From: Dehalococcoidia bacterium
Lineage (GTDB): Bacteria > Chloroflexota > Dehalococcoidia > Lucifugimonadales > UBA3495
Assembly (NCBI GenBank): GCA_965262595.1
Contig: OZ253548.1
Location: 1,051,740-1,115,739, forward strand
Direction: 5' to 3'
DNA length: 64,000 nt
Shown: positions 63,223 to 64,000 of the stretch, one piece after another
Layout: each line of letters opens with the position of its first letter
Position numbering within the stretch: position 1 is the stretch's first letter
Translations under genes and position numbers: made by a program
The notes under the pieces: model-generated
The model's database searches: none
What the model saw: the letters and a program-made list of their open reading frames with translations, nothing else
Told to the model about the DNA's origin: nothing

Positions 63223-64000
63223 TTACACCCGAAATAACCCTTGCTCCGCCGCCAGCCTCAAGGCCCTATCAATCTGCACTACCGGAGGGCCATTTCTTTG
63301 CACCGAGATTTCTACCTGCTGCTGTGCCGTCACCGTGAAGGCCCGCTCGCCGTCGAGGGCGATGGCGCTGTGCCTCCTTTTCAACTGGATTCGCTCTCCC
63401 TCGGCCAACCGGCGCCATTGGGCAATGGGAACCGCCGGAACCATACCTGGGGCTATGGGAGCAAGAACCGTAATCTTTGCCTGATCCTCCTCCTTCGCTG
63501 GCTGACCACCGCTGTCGTTGGCAGCGCCGTTCATATCATCAGTTTCGCCACTCCGGCCCAACACATAATGCAACCCTCCGGAATCGGCCATCGAAACCGG
63601 CTCCAGACGCCCGCCGACCGCAGACAGGCCGATACTGGCCGGTTCGGCTCGGGTCAGGAACACCTCATATAGAGTATCCAGTTTCCAGATTGCTCGGGTA
63701 GCTACGAACCGCTCCCGGGAAAGGGCCACATCCACCAGGGCCAAATCCCGGTATTCCCCGTCCACATACACGGCCAGCGTCTTGCTGACCACGGTCACCC
63801 ATTCCGGTATCAGACTGCCTCGGGCCACCAACCCGGCAGCCAGCCCGGCCAGCGTCCCCTCTACCATTGTCGGAAACACGTTATTGGTGCCGGTAGAAAT
63901 TGGCACGACCGGCATGGCGCAGGAACCGCAGGCCGCCGCCCGGTTGGTACCGTCTCCGCCCAGGGTGACCAGGCAATTCACGCCCAACTCCGCCATCTGC
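63223..64000 (-). CDS. ATP-NAD kinase / diacylglycerol-kinase-fold protein (AcoX-like), 5' end beyond the window
   Basis: LVTLGGDGT motif near the window edge. The reading frame is still open at nt 64000. Confidence 0.6.
   Translation of the reverse strand, partial: QMAELGVNCLVTLGGDGTNRAAACGSCAMPVVPISTGTNNVFPTMVEGTLAGLAAGLVARGSLIPEWVTVVSKTLAVYVDGEYRDLALVDVALSRERFVATRAIWKLDTLYEVFLTRAEPASIGLSAVGGRLEPVSMADSGGLHYVLGRSGETDDMNGAANDSGGQPAKEEDQAKITVLAPIAPGMVPAVPIAQWRRLAEGERIQLKRRHSAIALDGERAFTVTAQQQVEISVQRNGPPVVQIDRALRLAAEQGLFRV

Noticed and set aside
1-64000. rRNA, tmRNA, RNase P RNA, SRP RNA, group II intron or retron elements in the larger non-coding gaps (117-458, 4905-5493, 17066-17616, 19323-19942, 26163-26580, 28370-28779).
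   Set aside because: I scanned these gaps by eye for the hallmark conserved strings I can recall and saw none. This is a weak negative that a covariance-model scan should confirm.

Overview
High-GC bacterial chromosomal segment. Most genes are on the minus strand, GTG/TTG starts are frequent and GGAGG-type ribosome-binding sites (RBS) are common. The gene content includes an F420-type LLM oxidoreductase, DUF1800/DUF1501, NHL propellers, several amidase/cyclase/hydrolase genes and a tRNA-Ile(GAU) outside any rRNA operon. This fits a Chloroflexota-like (SAR202/Dehalococcoidia-type) genome, but that is inference only.

Recognisable content:
- A thiamine ABC importer (thiB/thiP/ATPase) behind a clear TPP riboswitch.
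- Housekeeping genes: recF, uvrC, xerD, rpmB, rpe, argH, trxB.
- Two Fur-family regulators, and tRNA-Ile(GAU) and tRNA-Ala(GGC).
- An MscS channel, an MFS transporter and a DUF1800-DUF1501-NHL operon.
- OadG/OadB-type Na+-decarboxylase membrane subunits.
- Assorted oxidoreductases and hydrolases.

Unusual content:
1. A ~5.35 kb giant surface-protein gene (FN3, cadherin-like and FG-GAP domains, C-terminal transmembrane (TM) anchor) that can only be read by switching frame about five times.
2. A gene made of twelve exact 22-residue repeats, interrupted by an in-frame TGA and a frameshift.
3. A decayed integrase and hydrolase remnant next to tRNA-Ile.
4. Two paralogous small-ORF + amidase pairs resembling AtzG-AtzE / GatC-GatA.
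5. A lower-GC two-gene cassette (ParA-like ATPase plus an unknown 167-aa partner) with its own promoter, wedged between those two amidase units.
6. A lower-GC orphan DNA methyltransferase with permuted motif order.
7. Many short tandem repeats (8-18 bp units), mostly in intergenic or regulatory positions.

No CRISPR array, rRNA or intact mobile element was seen. All functional calls come from reading the translated ORFs and motifs by eye; no database search was run.
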